This document shows positions 24,897 through 37,983 of a stretch of 64,000 nucleotides of DNA, one piece after another. The notes under the pieces are model-generated. The model was not told the DNA's origin, searched no databases, and saw nothing but the letters and a program-made list of their open reading frames with translations. Both the position numbers and the translations under genes were made by a program. This DNA is from Laetmonice hystrix (Eukaryota), in the NCBI GenBank assembly GCA_965235115.1, contig OZ249451.1, positions 16,616,001 to 16,680,000 on the forward strand, read 5' to 3'. Numbering within the stretch: the first letter of the stretch is position 1; every line of letters starts with the position of its first letter.

Positions 24897-25663
24897 AGTG
24901 AGTCTGGCGGCTGTGTCAGCCGGGAGTACGGCATGCAGGGAAGAAGCGTGACGACCAGATTCCAGCCTCTGTGGCCTGAGAAGAGTACCTTGTATACTAT
25001 CTCATATTATACGGTGTTGTCGGTGACGGCCGACAAAGGTCGAGTAGAGGTCACTGTCGGATTTTTCGTAGAGGACAGTGGGAAAAACTGTTTGTGTCTA
25101 ATATAACGACCCAGCGCGGAGTATAAATGGGTTTTTAAGCTACGTCGGAAGATGTGGAAAGTTGACTGATGTGCTGAACTTTGACTTTGAGTACGATGAT
25201 AGGAACACTGGTAACGAGAGGCCTATACACCTATACACGGACATTATCGACCTACGTATTATATTTCAGGGTCATTACTTAGATCTAGGCGTATCGAGTC
25301 AGGAAGCTGTGTTATCCTTAGTAGAAATAGCAACATGTATTCGTGCAACGTATGTACCTCCTCTATGGGACGATAGGCTTACCAGATAATTAGGTCAGTA
25401 TTTTAGGAAGTGTTAGGTGCATGGTCGAAGATTAAATACAATTTGCGGTTCATTGACGCTAATAAGTATGTATTCGAGATATATACTCAGGGAGTCAGTA
25501 GATAGGACTGTAAGGAAAGTCAGGAGATGAACATTAATATCAGTGTTATAGGGTGAAGATGCGTGGAAATATAGGCTTATATAATATTTGTAGGTTTACG
25601 GGTTTCGCCCCCGGGTAATATAATCATTTCCGTTGGAAATGATTCAAAGGGAGACCCGTCGGG

Positions 25664-26662
25664 TGTGTTGGCACACAGATATAGCAAAACGGGGAGATAG
25701 GGGTAGAATAGCGTATGAGAGGGGTCAACAGGTGCAGGCCGGGCGAGAAGGAAAAACAACGATGGAGGAAGGCAGAGGTGACGTGAGGACAACGGTGGGT
25801 ACCAACTAATTTGCATATAGGGAAACTTGACCGGATGGGGCCGATATAAAACCCAAGGCGGCAGGACGAGAGGTGCGCGTTGGATTTGGGAGGTCGGAGT
25901 AGCCACTAGGGTTATTCTCTTTACTATGGATTTATCATCATAAGGATTACCATCTACATGACTTGGAGTACAAAATTATTATCGCTTAAGCTAAGGAAGT
26001 ATACAGGGAAGTTGTTTTCGGGACTACATTCAAGGATTTACCCTCTACAGGACTCGGAAGTATAATTCACATGGATTAAGCTACTGAAATCGGGACTTAT
26101 CACTCGGACACATCTTAAGGATTTACCAGCTACATGAATCGGAATATGCCTCGCCAGGATTGATTTACTCAAGCATGGAAGTTGTTAACCGGCCGAGCAC
26201 GCTATTAAGGAATTGTTAACTACATGGATTAATCATTTGGACTTCGGGACTTTATCATTCGGGAATACGGCAATCGTACGGACTCATGGTTATCCATATT
26301 CATTTCTGGACTTAAGTAAACGTTATTTTAATTCACTTCGGAATGGACTGATGTTACTGGTTTACTCTGTAACAGCCGCCATGCATGACCCTTCTACATA
26401 CAGGTTCTATTCGCTGTGACGCATCTCACCCATCCACATTGTCTATATGCACTGGAGATTTGATATAATAAAGCTTCGTCAACTGTCAAGCGGACTTATG
26501 ATTGTGTCGGGGAAGGGTATTCGTGGTACCTTCAAGTTAGGACTAAGTGAGTTCGCTCTACCGATCTAAGCTCCCCAAATCTCAGACGGTAGTCTATATT
26601 CAACACACAAACGTTTGAACCCCAAGTAAAGACTCGTAAGAAACCCCCCCCCCCCCAAAACA
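25664..26662 (+). repeat. 3' LTR
   Basis: Copy of 17228-18221 with few substitutions; preceded by purine-rich aaagggagacccgtcggg. Confidence 0.93.
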
Positions 26663-27835
26663 GCTTCCTCACCACGGATATAGGACTGCGCCAAACCGAT
26701 TCCGATGGTTCTAGAATCCCGGCATCTAATAACTGATCCACATGTTTGGTGAGCTCCGTCAGATGTCGCGGATTATACCGATATGGCGTTGATGTAACCA
26801 GCCGCGCATCCTGCTGTAACTCAATCCTCATCTGCGCTAAAGAGCAGGCGCCCAGCTCCTCCAGTGTTACCGCGAACGCCTCCCAGTGTTTCTGCAGCAT
26901 TGACTGAAACTTGACCTTCTCACTGTCCGAAAGAACCGAGCCTGAGAGATCAAACTTAATAGGGAAAAGTTTAGCGCCTTTCTGCATAGACGAGATGTCC
27001 TTCTCCTTGATATTCCTATGCAAAGCTGTCCTTGCCATATCCGGTATTTGTTATCCAAAACGGCAACCACGTCTTTCGTGTTGATCATCTGAATTTGATC
27101 CGTTAGATTCATGACACGTACCAAAACCCTGTTGGCAACAATGGTATTCAGCGTTTTTCCTGTTAAAAATGATTTCCTATTAAAGTCTGGAGAATGAGCT
27201 AATGCCGTCGTACTGTCTGGCAAATCCAGTGACGTCACACACGAAAGGACTACCTCCGAAAATGGTGGCAACTGTGTATCACGCGGAACATGGGCTGCAA
27301 CATGATCCCAAAGTCTTATCTGGCCTTTCTGAAAGTCGAGCGTCGCCTGTAACCGAAGTCAATCCCAACGCCGTACCCTTATTGCATTGTCGTCCTTCTG
27401 ACAAAGGTTTACCACCTTGGTTGCTGAGGGACGAATCTCCCGTTTCCCGAACGAGCGTAGCTGGAGTCGGGATTGAACAGTGTCTCATCATTCCTTTCTT
27501 GTTGCCGTGGAGGAAGGGGATTCCCGCGTCCCGAACGAGCATAGCGGGCGTCGGGATTGAACGGTGTCTGGTGTGTGCTTCCATAATTCCAGCTAGCCGG
27601 CTTTTTGTCCAAATGGCCGTAATCCCCATTCAGCCACTTACAGGTACTGGTAGCGTGCCCATAGACCACATGGTAAACGCAGTACGGTCGGCCCCCTTCA
27701 TTCCTAGGAGATGGTGGCCTGGGCTGTGTACCTCCCGGCGAACGTTGTCCGATACCTCTGTATAATCCACGGCCACCTCCTCGGCCGTTTCTGTGCTGAT
27801 CAACCCATCAATTGGCCCGTTCTGCTGGCATCGCT

Positions 27836-29418
27836 CGTCCAACTCCCGCCTTTGACAGCGCTCCTATTATTTCCTCCAGCGCCTGTGGAGTTTTGTCAAC
27901 CGCTGAACAAGCCCTATGTTTACTATCCACCGTTTCCAGCCGAGATGCCATCTCTACCGCCTCTCCGAAATTAGTGGGATTCTGTACCGCCAATAAATTA
28001 CTCAATGAATCCAGACCCCCTATAAAAACTGACATCAAAATTTGGTCGGACACATCATATCCACACTGTTTTTGTCTTAAAACTCCAGCAAATTCCAAAG
28101 CCGTCTGTCCTTTTTGCTGCCTCAATCCAAAGATATCTCGATGTTTCTGCCAGACGGGTCGTTTGTCGCTAAAAATGTCAATCATTTTCCCTTTTAGGAT
28201 TTGATATGACTCCCTGTCGGTGAAATCAGGGCTTTCATCCAGTCAGCTGTTCTGCCTTTAAGATCGTGTAAAGCCATAGCTAACGTGTGGTCATCTGGCC
28301 ATCCATATATTTTCGCCACGCTTTCCGTCTCATCAAAGTAGGTTTTTATATTTTCATTTGTGGCCCCTGTAAACGTCGGCAATGGCAGATTCGGGAATTT
28401 AAATCCCGTGGCACGTGGCTGTGCACTCAACCCGTTCCGGCCTTTCCCGTGGCTGTCATCGGTGTTCGGTGGCTCCGGCCTGCCCTGTGGTGCTATAATT
28501 ATGGTGCCTGGCGTGAGCGCGGCGATCAGTGGAGCATTATCTATGAAGACCATAAGGTGCCATACCCGCCACTCGCTCCGCTACTCGCCCCGCCGCTCGC
28601 CACTTGGCCCACTACTCGCCACTTGGCCCGCTACTCGCCCCGCTACTCGCTACTCGCCCCGCTAACGCTAACCCTAACACTAGCCCTAACACTAACCCTA
28701 ACACTAACCCTAACCCTAACCGGCGGGTAGCGGGGCGAGTGGCGAGTAGCGGGGCGAGTAGCGGGCCAAGTGGCGAGTAGCGGGGCGAGTGGCGAGCGGC
28801 GGGGCGAGTAGCGGAGCGAGTGGCGGGGCGAGTGGCAGGTATGTCACCTTATGGTCTTCATAGATAACGCTCCACCAATCGCTGCGCTCACGCCAGGCAC
28901 CATATAGCACCACAGGGCAGGCCGGAGCCACCGAACACCGATGACAGCCAGATGACCACACGTTAGCTATGGCTTTACACGATCTTAAAGGCAGAGCAGC
29001 TGACTGGATGAAAGCCCTTGATTTCACCCACAGGGAGTCATATCAAATCCTAAAAGGGAAAATGATTGACATTTTCAGCGACAAACGACCCGTCTGACAG
29101 AAACACCGAGATATCTTTGGATTGAGGCAGCAAAAAGGACAGACAGCTTTGGAATTTGCTGGAGTTTTAAGACAAAAACTGTGTGGATATGATGTGTCCA
29201 ACCAAATTTTGATGTCAGTTTTTATAGGGGGTCTGGATTCATTGAGTAATTTATTGGCGGTACAGAATCCGGGTTCCCACTAATTTCGGAGAGGCGGTAG
29301 AGATGGCATCTCGGCTGGAAACGGTGGATAATAAACATAGGGCTTGTTCAGCGGTTGAGAAAACTCCACAGGCGCTGGAGGAAATAATAGGAGCGCTGTC
29401 AAGGCGGGAGTTGGGCGA
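27836..29418. repeat. Fold-back inverted duplication of gag
   Basis: 28722-29418 is the reverse complement of 27836-28660 except for a ~170-bp deletion. Confidence 0.9.
28662..28721 (+). repeat. Degenerate telomere-type (CTAACC)n tract
   Basis: ctaacgctaaccctaacactagccctaacactaaccctaacactaaccctaaccctaacc, about 10 hexamers. Confidence 0.85.
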
Positions 29419-29469
29419 GTGGCGAGTAGCGGGGCGAGTGACGGGGCGAGTGGCGAGTAGCGGGCCGAG

Positions 29470-29975
29470 TGGCGGGTGATGTCACCTTCATAGTTATCTC
29501 CCTGTTGACCGACGGCTGCTGGCCCCAGCGCTGACGCTGGCTGCCGGACGGGAGCCCGTTGCTCCGGAGGGTGTGGCGGCGGTGTCCCCCCTCGGCCGCC
29601 CCCCCCCCTTGCGGGGGCCCCGGCGTCGGTGGGAGGACTACCGCTTGTCTCGGCGGTGAACCGCCTCGTCCAGCCATAACGGCCTCGCCCCGGGTGCGGT
29701 CGGTCGGGCGCGCGTGCGGAGTATGGAGGTGGCGGTGCCGTGCGGCGTAATCGTGCATTTGAACTGGGTCCTGTGTCTCGGCAATATCCCCGGCAGTGAA
29801 CAAACGTCCTTGTATTAATACTTTGTTGCCGTGTAATGCCACTGGCTCAAGCTCCGGATCTGATCTCAATTGTCTTTTCTTCCAGAAACTGAAGGACCGA
29901 GGGCCCGTGGCCATGCATACACAGGGACGGCAACCTTCATGAATGAAGATTAAAAAATTAAATTTCAAACTCTAA
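29470..29975 (-). pseudogene. Gypsy gag N-terminal fragment (also at about 33120-33600 and 45080-45560)
   Basis: RQLRSDPELEPVALHGNKVL matches RQLRSKPEFTQVELHDNQL at 18501. Confidence 0.7.
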
Positions 29976-30463
29976 CTGAGTGAGTAGTGGTGGCTTTATG
30001 CCGTGTTGGCATCCAGGGCCATCTTCACGGCGAACCAGAGTAAAAAGACCATAAAATGAAATGAAATGAAAGGGACTTATTTTATCCCGGGCCCCAACGG
30101 GAATAACATGGAGGATGGGAAGCATTGTGCCGTGAAAGAAGCTTTACATGGAAACAGTGGGCACGGGATGACGCGGACAGTGACAGTGCAGCCAATCATG
30201 GTATCTATTCAAAGACCTGGCATACCGTTGTAAAGTATTGGAATACTTTGGACTAGTTATACCCATTATTACTTATGATCCAATTAATTTATTAAACTTT
30301 ATTTACTTAGTTACTCATTTTAATCAACTCATATACTCATGGATATTTACCGTGTGGAGTTGTAATATACTATTTAGGATTGTGTGTGTATAGAAATCTG
30401 TGTGCTGCTTGCCATCTCTGCAAAGGAATGTCCAAGTAAATAAGTCAAGTGGATCTGGGTATC

Positions 30464-31328
30464 TGTGACGCCAACCCCAGCCTCCTGGAGGACGCTGGTG
30501 ACAGACCTGATTAATGGCACCCCTAACTCCTGTGGGTAACCCAGATCCAACCGACTCCAGGCACGCGCACCCCACAGACTGGGAGGGCTACACTCCCACT
30601 GCGCATGCCTAGTGTAAACAATTGAAGATAAGAGGAACCAGCCCCTCCTCCTGCTCATGCGCAGGACTGTGAAACTTTGAGGATGAGTCACGACTCAGGC
30701 ATGCTCCCATAATAGGACTGGGTGGTATATTTCACTCTTCCACTGCACATGCCTAGTATAAACATTTAAGGGTTGGGGTCTGCCCCCTCCCTCTGCACAT
30801 GCGCGGAACTTTATAACTTTAACGGTGGGATTTTTCCACACTCCTACTGCGCATGCTTAGTATAAACATTTAAGGGTTGGGGTCTGCCCCCTACCTCTGC
30901 ACATGCGCAGAACTTTATAACTTTAATGGTGGGATTTTTCCACACTCCTACTGCGCATGCTTAGTATAAACATTTAAGGGTTGGGGTCTGCCCCCTCCCT
31001 CTGCACATGCGCAGAACTTTATAACTTTAATGGTGGGATTTTTCCACACTCCTACTGCGCATGCTTAATGTAAACATTTCGAAGAAAGGAGTCAACCCCC
31101 TCCCTTTGCACATGCTCAGTAGGGGTCTCCTGATGCACCTCTCCACTATATAAACTCATACTTGTGTTAATAAAGTGACTTCTTATTTTTGGCTTTTCAA
31201 TCCTTGAGTTTGAATCTTTGATTCTCTCAGTGATCATGTTGATCATTTAAGCCAGTTTCTTATTTTATACTCTCAGTGAAATCCACAAACAGTAACCGGG
31301 CTACCAACCTTCATCTGGTTGAGTAACA
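30464..31328 (+). mobile_element. LTR-like segment with ~116-bp tandem enhancer-like repeats (second copy from about 42554)
   Basis: TGTGAC...GTAACA ends; 3-4 ctgcgcatgc/catgcgcag-rich repeats; TATATAAA near 31146 then AATAAA; no TSD seen. Confidence 0.45.
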
Positions 31329-32607
31329 CTCAGCATCAGAGATGTGTGGATTTTACACCGTGTCGGTGTGTTGGAGTACACCATTAGTAACTTTTAACAA
31401 ATACGGGTTTATACATCAGTTTTAGCTAGTCACACAATTCTCTATGTTAGAGTATCCAAACCAACAGCAAGCCTTAGCCAGAAGTGCAGCAGGTCCAACT
31501 ACAAAGTCATAAATCATTCGCCTACAGGAGGAAGGTTCAGCAGGTACAGCAGAAAAGCAATAACTCATCCACCTTACCAGCCCAAACCCCTCCATAGGTT
31601 CAGGTAGTGCAGGTTTAGTCACAAACCAAGAAAATCCCTGAAAAGCTGGTAGATATATATAGACGCGCAACCTTGCAGTAGTCGTATGTGGTTTTAACTT
31701 GGATACGAGCGGACGTGGAGTTCTCTCGCTCAGCACTTAGCTTTCTCATCAGCCCGCACTTGGGAGGTTTTCGGCATTCACCCTTTGCAATAGGAGATCA
31801 GTACGGGAACAAGACTTTGCAGATTCTTCGGAATTACTGAGAAACGCTTCGGATTCAGACTTTCAGACATTACACATCACAGCTACTAGGGAAGTTCAGA
31901 AAGGGAGGTGAGAGTCAAAACTTGTAGCGTATGTGAATATCCACTTGTACTTTACTTCAACTTCAGAGGAGACACTTGTACTTTACTTTAACTTTAGAGG
32001 AGACACTTGTACTTTACATCTACCACGAGGAGATATCTGTACTCTACACACGGACGGACTCTACATCCGGATTGTCTTAATAAATGTTTGAACCTTCGAC
32101 CGCTAGTCATCCCTCAGTCTGAGTTGGACCCCATCTCACGAAGCCATACGATAGAGCCTAGCTTACCCCTATGCTTAGAAGATATTGTCGGGCAAAACCC
32201 TCTCGCAATAGCCAAAGCTCTACCCCAACATCGAATACCCATTTAAACGACAAAACCCCAAACAACGGCCCGAAACATCGGCATGTAAGGCCATCTTCAC
32301 GGCAAAAACAGAGTCAGACTACTGAAAACTGAAAGGAACCTATTTTATCCCGGGTCCCAGAAGGAACACCACTCCCATATGTATATATGGACTGATGCCA
32401 TGTTCTGTCAGTTGCAAAACTCGAGCACAATGAGCCACAACGGATTTTTCGGTTCCAATGTGTTAATCCTGCCAACCAACGGAGCCCGGCCAGGTTGGCT
32501 ATACATAACAATCTGGCGGATGAGTGAGTGAGTGAGTGAGTGAGTGAGTAGTGGTGATTTTCCGCCGTGTCGGCATCCGGGGCCATATTCACGGCGAAAA
32601 CAGGGTT

Positions 32608-33025
32608 AAAGGCAGAGCAGCTGACTGGATGAAAGCCCTTGATTTCACCCACAGGGAGTCATATCAAATCCTAAAAGGGAAAATGATTGACATTTTCAGC
32701 GACAAACGACCCGTCTGGCAGAAACACCGAGGTATCTTTGGATTGATGCAGCAAAAAGGACAGCTTTGGAATTTGCTGGAGTTTTAAGACAAAAACAGTG
32801 TGGATATGATGTGTCGGACCAAATTTTGATGTCAGTTTTTATAGGGGGTCTGGATTCATTGAGTAATTTATTGGCGGTACAGAATCCCACTAATTTCGGA
32901 GAGGCGGTAGAGATGGCATCTCGGCTGGAAACGGTGGATAATAAACATAGGGCTTGTTCAGCGGTTGAGAAAACTCCACAGGCGCTGGTGGAAATAATAG
33001 GAGCACTGACAAAGGCGGGAGTTGG
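32608..33025 (+). pseudogene. Gypsy gag fragment fused to a truncated module (copy at about 44597-45015)
   Basis: KGRAADWMKALDFTHRESY...; junction cagggtt|aaaggcagagc has ttaaa microhomology. Confidence 0.85.
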
Positions 33026-35399
33026 GCGAGTGGCGAGTAGCGGGGCGAGTGGCGGGGCGAGTGGCGAGTAGCGGGGCGAGTGGCGGGGCGAGTGGCGAGT
33101 AGCGGGGCGAGTGGCGTGTGATGTCACCTTCATAGTTATCTCCCTGTTGACCGACGGCTGCTGGCCCCAGCGCTGACGCTGGCTGCCGGACGGGAGCCCG
33201 TTGCTCCGGAGGGTGTGGCGGCAGTGTCCCTCCTCGGCCGCCCCCCCTCCTTCGGTGGGAGGACTACCGCTTGTCTCGGCGGTGAACCGCCTCGTCCAGC
33301 CTGGCCTCGCCCCGGGTGCGGTCGGTCGGGCGCGCGTGCGGAGTATGGAGGTGGCGGTGCCGTGCGGCGTAATTGTGCGTTGGAACTGGGTCCTGTGTCT
33401 CGGCAATATCCCCGGCAGTGAATAAACGTCCTTGTATTAATACTTTGTTGCCGTGTAATGCCACTGGCTCAAACTCCGGATCTGATCTCAAAATTTTGTC
33501 TTTTCTTCCAGAAACTGAAGGACCGAGGGCCCGTGGCCATGCATACACAGGGACGGTAACCTTCATGAATGAAGATTAAAAAATTAAATTTCAAACTCTA
33601 ACTGAGTGAGTAGTGGTGGTTTTATGCCGTGTTGGCATCCAGGGCCATCTTCACGGCGAAAAATAAGGTAAAATAAAAGGAACCGATTTTATCCCGGGCC
33701 CCAACGTAACTGCCCCAATACCATGAGTAGCATCAGATAAAACTCATTTTGGTCAGCCCGACGTACGTTGATTGCGCACGCAACAACGTTACGTTTACGT
33801 TAGCGTTCCGCGGATGCGTGCTGTCTGCTAAAATTCTCTAGTGACGCGATGACGTAAACGTTAGGCCGGGGTTAGGCCCGGGATCCATCCCAGAGAGAAA
33901 CCCCTTATTTGGGTATGGTACAGAAGATTTTTTGTTGGATTCCCTTAGAAGGGCAAGATATTTAGGTACGGGAGATTCGGCATATATAAACCCCTAGAGA
34001 CTGGTAGAGGGGGTTGCCTACTCCATCCAGAGGTACAGATCGAGAGACACCCACCCATCTGTGAGAGATATAAACCGTCGGCGTACAGTTTCCTTATTTT
34101 CCACGGAAACGACACACTGTTGTAAACCAGACATGAGCCACACTGGCTTCATCGGAACTAATGTAATAATTTTGCCAACCACCGGCGCACAGCCAGGATG
34201 GTTGTAGATTACTATATGGCAGATGCCCGTGGCGCCCTCCACCGACGTGCAGACTTGCACGATCGAGGCAGCCTTATCTCCCCAAGTCGCTACCGGCAGC
34301 GGCGGCGCCCCTCATCAGGCGTCTGCCACCTCGACCGATTATGGGAGTGAGTGAGTAAGGGTGGTTTTCCTCCGTGTCGGCATCTGGGACCATCTTCACG
34401 GCGAAAACAGGGTTACAAGACCATAAAATAAAAGGAACCTATTTTTTCCCAGGCTCCAAGGGGAATATCATTTTCACTCCAGAATAGAACACCTAGAACG
34501 ACGTGCGCCTAGAGGCCGGACTCCTAATGATCAGGAAAATATTCAAAGATCTTATCCGGATAGCTTGGGCCAAGTTTATCGTCCTACCGGACAACAATGG
34601 GAGAGAACCACGGATTCCTCGAGCAACCCTTCATGCATCATTTGGGGTAGAAAATGATGCCACCAAGAGATACCAAACTCGTTTCAAACAGTTGCACGAC
34701 AAACAGAGGTGACAACTTTGATAGGCGGATGAGAAAGGCAAAGACAATTTTTTTTATGAGGGACCAACGCATGGGAGCTACACGGGTGGTTAATCGGGAG
34801 AAAGTTCAACAGAATCGATGGACACAGACACTCCCCATCCCAACCAGCCAGACCTGTTACACGATCAATGCAGAGAGACGCTAAGCGACAATGTACTCAT
34901 AACACTCACTATCACTGCTAGCACAGAAGGACGAAACGTGACCGAGTACTGGCTCATAGTGTCGCATGGACATGGATGTTAACTCATGACGTTATGACAT
35001 TATGAGTGTGACGTTAAACCGGCAAACCACCACAGACACCCCTACTTCACAAATGAACTGCAAGAGGACTGGCCATCCTTGAACGTCTGATTGAATCACA
35101 TCAACTTCCTTTACAACACATCCCATCATTATGCAGTTGTGGTAATTGTTGTGGTAATTAGCCTTGTGTATTGCGTGAACAAAATATTGTTTCATCAGAA
35201 AGCCAAAACATCCAGCTAAAGAGGACCTGATACCAGAGGAAAATACTCTAGAAATTACTGTGGCTAAAGATGCAGTGCCGTGGCCGAAACCAAATGCTTA
35301 AAACGATGTTTAATCAAAGGAAAATATGTTTCGCGCAAAGAAAGGTGTATGCAATGTAAGGTCATTAACCATTTATCAGACGCATTTAAAATGTTAACA

Positions 35400-35850
35400 G
35401 AAAGTACTGTGTTGGGGCTTTGCTCGTGAAATGGGTATCCGACAAAGCTTGAACAACATTGTGTATGCGTCTGTTTGTAATGTTAAACAGGATCGTTAAC
35501 CCTAACTTCATATCGTGACACAAGTCCCTTCAAATAGTCCTAAATTGATCTGCATTGGCCAAAATATCTTAATTCCGACCTGTCCTAAACAAATGATACG
35601 CGATGGAATTCAGGAACTCAAATGGAGCCTTAATAATCCGTTGTTTTGACCATCTTTCATCAGGCAACAATTGAAAAGCAGCATTGTAGTTCTCTTTCAC
35701 AGCTGTTAGCGTAGACTGCAGGCCCTGCTGAACATCTGCCAAGCAAGTGGAGATAGGGCGACAGAGCTCCCCAAGTCGCCCTGACAGCTGGATGGGGCAT
35801 GGAGAAAGGGGTTGAGAAGGTATTAGAAGGTTGACGTGTCCCAAACTGTG
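35400..35850 (-). pseudogene. env-like fragment of an LTR retroelement (copy at about 47400-47820)
   Basis: QRIIKAPFEFLNSIAYHLFRTG resembles the cleavage-site/fusion-peptide region of invertebrate env proteins; contains stops. Confidence 0.4.
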
Positions 35851-36766
35851 TGTTACAGACGCACCGCAGAGGACCCATTATATCCTGCGGAATCCGTGGG
35901 AGAGATACCTCACCATATACACAGGGTCACTGAGATATAGAGCCCCAAATCCGTCCACTGTGAACAAGCAGAGAAATAAGATCCAAACGTTGGTCTTAGC
36001 CATTATCCCAACTACCATTAAGATGGCAACAGCTTCTCGATACGTAGTTCTTAAAGAAAGTGTTATTATTCCAGTGAACGAAGTACCGTACGGCCAGGTG
36101 TGCCAAGTAATCTTGATGAGACCGTATCCAGGTGAGCCTGGACTTCTGTCAGAAGTAATCCAGCTGGGATCTGTGAGTTCAGTCCAAGTAGCCGGGGAGA
36201 AAATTCTGCCTATTGCCAACCGTCCCTCAGTAACATCCAGCCATCCAGCACCCTCCTACCTCCCGGCAAGGGGAGCGCGGCCGACCGGGAAGGATACCCC
36301 ACCCAAGCTATCTCCACAGCCCGGGCCGAGTGGGTGGCGACCAAGGCCAGCCTCCTCCAGTCCGTGTGAAGGTCCAGGCCGACGTCAGCCCGCTGAGAAG
36401 CTGGCTACCCGAAGGCACTCCTCAGGCCCCACCAGCGTTACTCAAAGTTTGGCCGTAACAGTGACCTCCTCAACAGGCTCTACTACCAGCACAGTGCATT
36501 CCAACTGCAACGAAACATCTAAAGCACTGTACAAAGTACTGGATAAACACCTAGGGCTTCCAACTCAAAACAGTTTAGCAGCACAACAACCCCCCGTATC
36601 CGAAGCTGAGACCACTGGACAATCCTTGGACACAGCCCTGTACGATCCACACTATTCACCTGTGTCTGGATCTCCTCACGAAAGTCTCCTAGTGGCTAGG
36701 CTGGACTTATATGAACAACTGCTGGGGCAAACTCACGATTGCCCCAGCAACTCCCTGCAGGAGTAA
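35831..36766 (+). CDS. Unknown ORF (first ATG 36023), globular N-terminus and S/P/T-rich tail; frameshifted copy at 47806
   Basis: 311-aa open frame, no family recognised. Confidence 0.35.
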   Translation: MTCPKLCVTDAPQRTHYILRNPWERYLTIYTGSLRYRAPNPSTVNKQRNKIQTLVLAIIPTTIKMATASRYVVLKESVIIPVNEVPYGQVCQVILMRPYPGEPGLLSEVIQLGSVSSVQVAGEKILPIANRPSVTSSHPAPSYLPARGARPTGKDTPPKLSPQPGPSGWRPRPASSSPCEGPGRRQPAEKLATRRHSSGPTSVTQSLAVTVTSSTGSTTSTVHSNCNETSKALYKVLDKHLGLPTQNSLAAQQPPVSEAETTGQSLDTALYDPHYSPVSGSPHESLLVARLDLYEQLLGQTHDCPSNSLQE

Positions 36767-37142
36767 AACGGTAACTGTTACCATTTGTCGAAGACATATC
36801 CTTCACGACGTCGACCCAACCAGCGACAACAGCTACCAGTGGGGTCGCCAACGCAACAGTATAGACCGACTATGCCGCCCTTTGACCCATATGCGACAAG
36901 GTTAGTGAGTGAGTAATGGTGGCTTTACGCCGTGTCGGCATCTAGGGCCATCTTTACAGTGAAAACAGAGTAAAAAGACCATAAAATGAAATAAAACGGA
37001 AGGGACCTATTTTATCCCGGGCCCCAACGGGAATATTATTGAAACATGGAGGACGGCAAGCATTGTGCCGTGAAAGAAGCTTGACATGGGAACGGAGGGC
37101 ACGGGATGATGCGGACGGTGACAGTGCCGCCAATCATGGTAT

Positions 37143-37983
37143 TGTGTTGGCTCACACTTACATGTAGTACCAATTAAATCAGAAACAGGGATAGACATAT
37201 AGGGGTATAATTCCTCACAAGGGAAGTAAGTTCATATACATCATAGGATTTAGTTCCTGGAGTACAGACGTACCAAATTGACTGACATATTTACTGGAGT
37301 GCACACGGACCAAGTTGACTCACATACATAATTCTGGGTACAAACGGACGAAGATGACCGACTCTGTCTAGACGTCTGGTGACCGACATCATTAAATATC
37401 CGACAGGAGCACGGGATTTCCAGGAATGGGCATAGAGGTAAGCCAATGAGAAAGAGGCAGGTAGGAGGTAAGGTAAGCCAATGAGAAAGAGGCACGTAAG
37501 AAGAGGGGATTTTACCCTGGAGAGAGAGAGGTATAAGTAGTCAGGAAAACGGGGAGATAGTGCGGGCTTACCAGAGAGAGAAATGCGTGAAGGGAGTTAG
37601 CAGAAGAGTTCCCGCTAGGGAGCTTGTGCGTGAGTTAAAATGCTATTCCTGGAGTATGGAGACGTTTTGGAGTATTGTACATGTTCAGAAGTTATTGTGG
37701 AAATAGACAACTTGGATTATGTTCGTCAATATAAGGATTTAACTACTCGGTGTGGAGGATGTGGAGTATAATAAAGGACCGAACCGGATTCCTGGAGTGT
37801 TGTCCATCTCACCCAACCCAGCGAAGTTATACCAGAGCTAGCTCACCCCTATTACGACTCTGGAACTTTATTGGGGTAGACCTCTCGCACTACTAACGGA
37901 GTAACAAACGGACTTCACACACAGCCCGATATACGGATATACGAAGCTTAAGTATACGAAATTAAAACAAACACCCCAACGCA
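37143..37983 (+). mobile_element. Solo Gypsy LTR (841 bp)
   Basis: TGTGTTGG...CCAACGCA, 4-bp TSD GTAT on both sides; shares aaaacggggagatag with LTR 17228. Confidence 0.88.

Larger units (their letters stand above)
17228..26662 (+). mobile_element. Full-length Ty3/Gypsy LTR retrotransposon, defective pol
   Basis: Two ~1-kb LTRs, 4-bp TSD GCTT (17224-17227, 26663-26666), domain order gag-PR-RT-RH-IN. Confidence 0.95.
17190..28553 (-). mobile_element. Older Gypsy element (gag, post-protease domain, start of RT) split by the nested insertion; internally deleted
   Basis: Minus-strand gag (27808-28553) and RT start (26667-27271); RT peptide ...SPISVVRK (right of insertion) continues as PDGKIRMCTG (17192-17227); protease core and the rest of RT missing. 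Confidence 0.85.

Noticed and set aside
30464-31328. Intact solo LTR with TSD
   Set aside because: Flanks gtatc and ctcag do not match; kept only as LTR-like.
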